Assembly (NCBI GenBank): GCA_964391035.1
Contig: CAYMLW010000002.1
Span: 1 to 53,509, forward strand
DNA from: an uncultured Gemmatimonadaceae bacterium
GTDB taxonomy: Bacteria > Gemmatimonadota > Gemmatimonadetes > Longimicrobiales > RSA9
Reading direction: 5' to 3'
Length of the DNA stretch: 53,509 bases
The notes under the pieces were generated by a model. That model made no database searches and was not told the DNA's origin. It saw nothing but the letters and a program-made list of their open reading frames with translations. Made by a program: the position numbers and the translations under genes. The number at the start of each line of letters is the position of its first letter. The first letter of the stretch is position 1. Below are positions 53,428 through 53,509 of this stretch, piece after piece.

Positions 53428-53454
53428 GTATCGGAGGGTGCACCGGGATCTTGA
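53428..53454 (-). promoter_or_regulatory. sigma-28 promoter candidate for TonB-like/MCP (and possibly the kinase)
   Basis: Minus strand reads TCAA-GATCCCGGTGCACCC(15)-TCCGATAC. It lies 50 nt upstream of ATG 53378. Confidence 0.45.
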
Positions 53455-53509
53455 ATCGGGTAGGGCGCGGCGGCTCAAGGCCGCCGCCGCCCTCCCACAC
53501 CACCGGACG

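Noticed and set aside
53465-53489. A GC-rich inverted repeat GCGGCGGC-TCAAG-GCCGCCGC near the right edge of the window.
   Set aside because: The stem is short (8 bp), there is no U-tract, and the context is cut by the window edge. I cannot tell whether it terminates an upstream gene.

Overview
This is a very GC-rich bacterial chromosomal segment filled almost entirely with flagellar and chemotaxis genes, nearly all on the minus strand. I could not assign a taxon. P-ring and L-ring genes (flgI, flgH) indicate a diderm.

Gene layout, read in the direction of transcription:
- (a) 40852 to 29466: flgB-flgC-orf-fliE-fliF-fliG-fliH-fliI-fliJ-motE/ylxF-like-fliK-flgD-flgE. This is followed by a strong hairpin.
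- (b) 29155 to 19083: fliL-fliM-fliN-fliO::fliP-fliQ-fliR-flhB-flhA-flhF-flhG-fliA-orf. Together (a) and (b) follow the Bacillus fla/che gene order.
- (c) 18949 to 12782: flgF-flgG-flgA-flgH-flgI-flgJ(short)-flgN-flgK-csrA.
- (d) motA-motB-EAL/HDOD.
- (e) fliC.
- (f) fliD-fliS-orf.
- (g) flgM-cheY-cheZ-like.
- (h) On the plus strand, flgL-fliW.
- (i) cheW-cheR-cheD-cheY-cheX-like-cheB. No cheA is present in the window.
- (j) An NtrC-type sigma-54 activator, an OmpR-type response regulator, a hybrid histidine kinase, an MCP and a TonB-C-like protein.
- The left edge carries an Nramp-like transporter (partial), a small lipoprotein and a class-V aminotransferase.

By eye I can read three sigma-54 (-24/-12) promoter candidates, upstream of flgB, fliL and flgF. 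I also read seven sigma-28 (TAAA-N15-GCCGATA-like) promoter candidates, upstream of flgM, fliD, fliC, motA, flgL, the OmpR-type regulator and the TonB-like/MCP unit. There are several hairpin terminators. A shared 25-nt box lies about 140 bp upstream of two of the sigma-54 promoters.

I saw no tRNA, rRNA, CRISPR, IS/transposase, phage or recognisable defence genes. I do not see a self-contained novel system.

The most unusual items are:
- a FliK-like hook-length protein carrying an N-terminal M15/LAS peptidoglycan-peptidase domain, while FlgJ is reduced to its rod-binding domain;
- a single-ORF FliO-FliP;
- a 1020-aa FliD with an internal domain duplication;
- an orphan gene wedged between flgC and fliE;
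- a membrane protein translationally coupled to fliA;
- an FlhG whose P-loop lysine is replaced;
- the enhancer-like boxes upstream of the sigma-54 promoters.

All family calls come from motif recognition by eye. No database search was possible.
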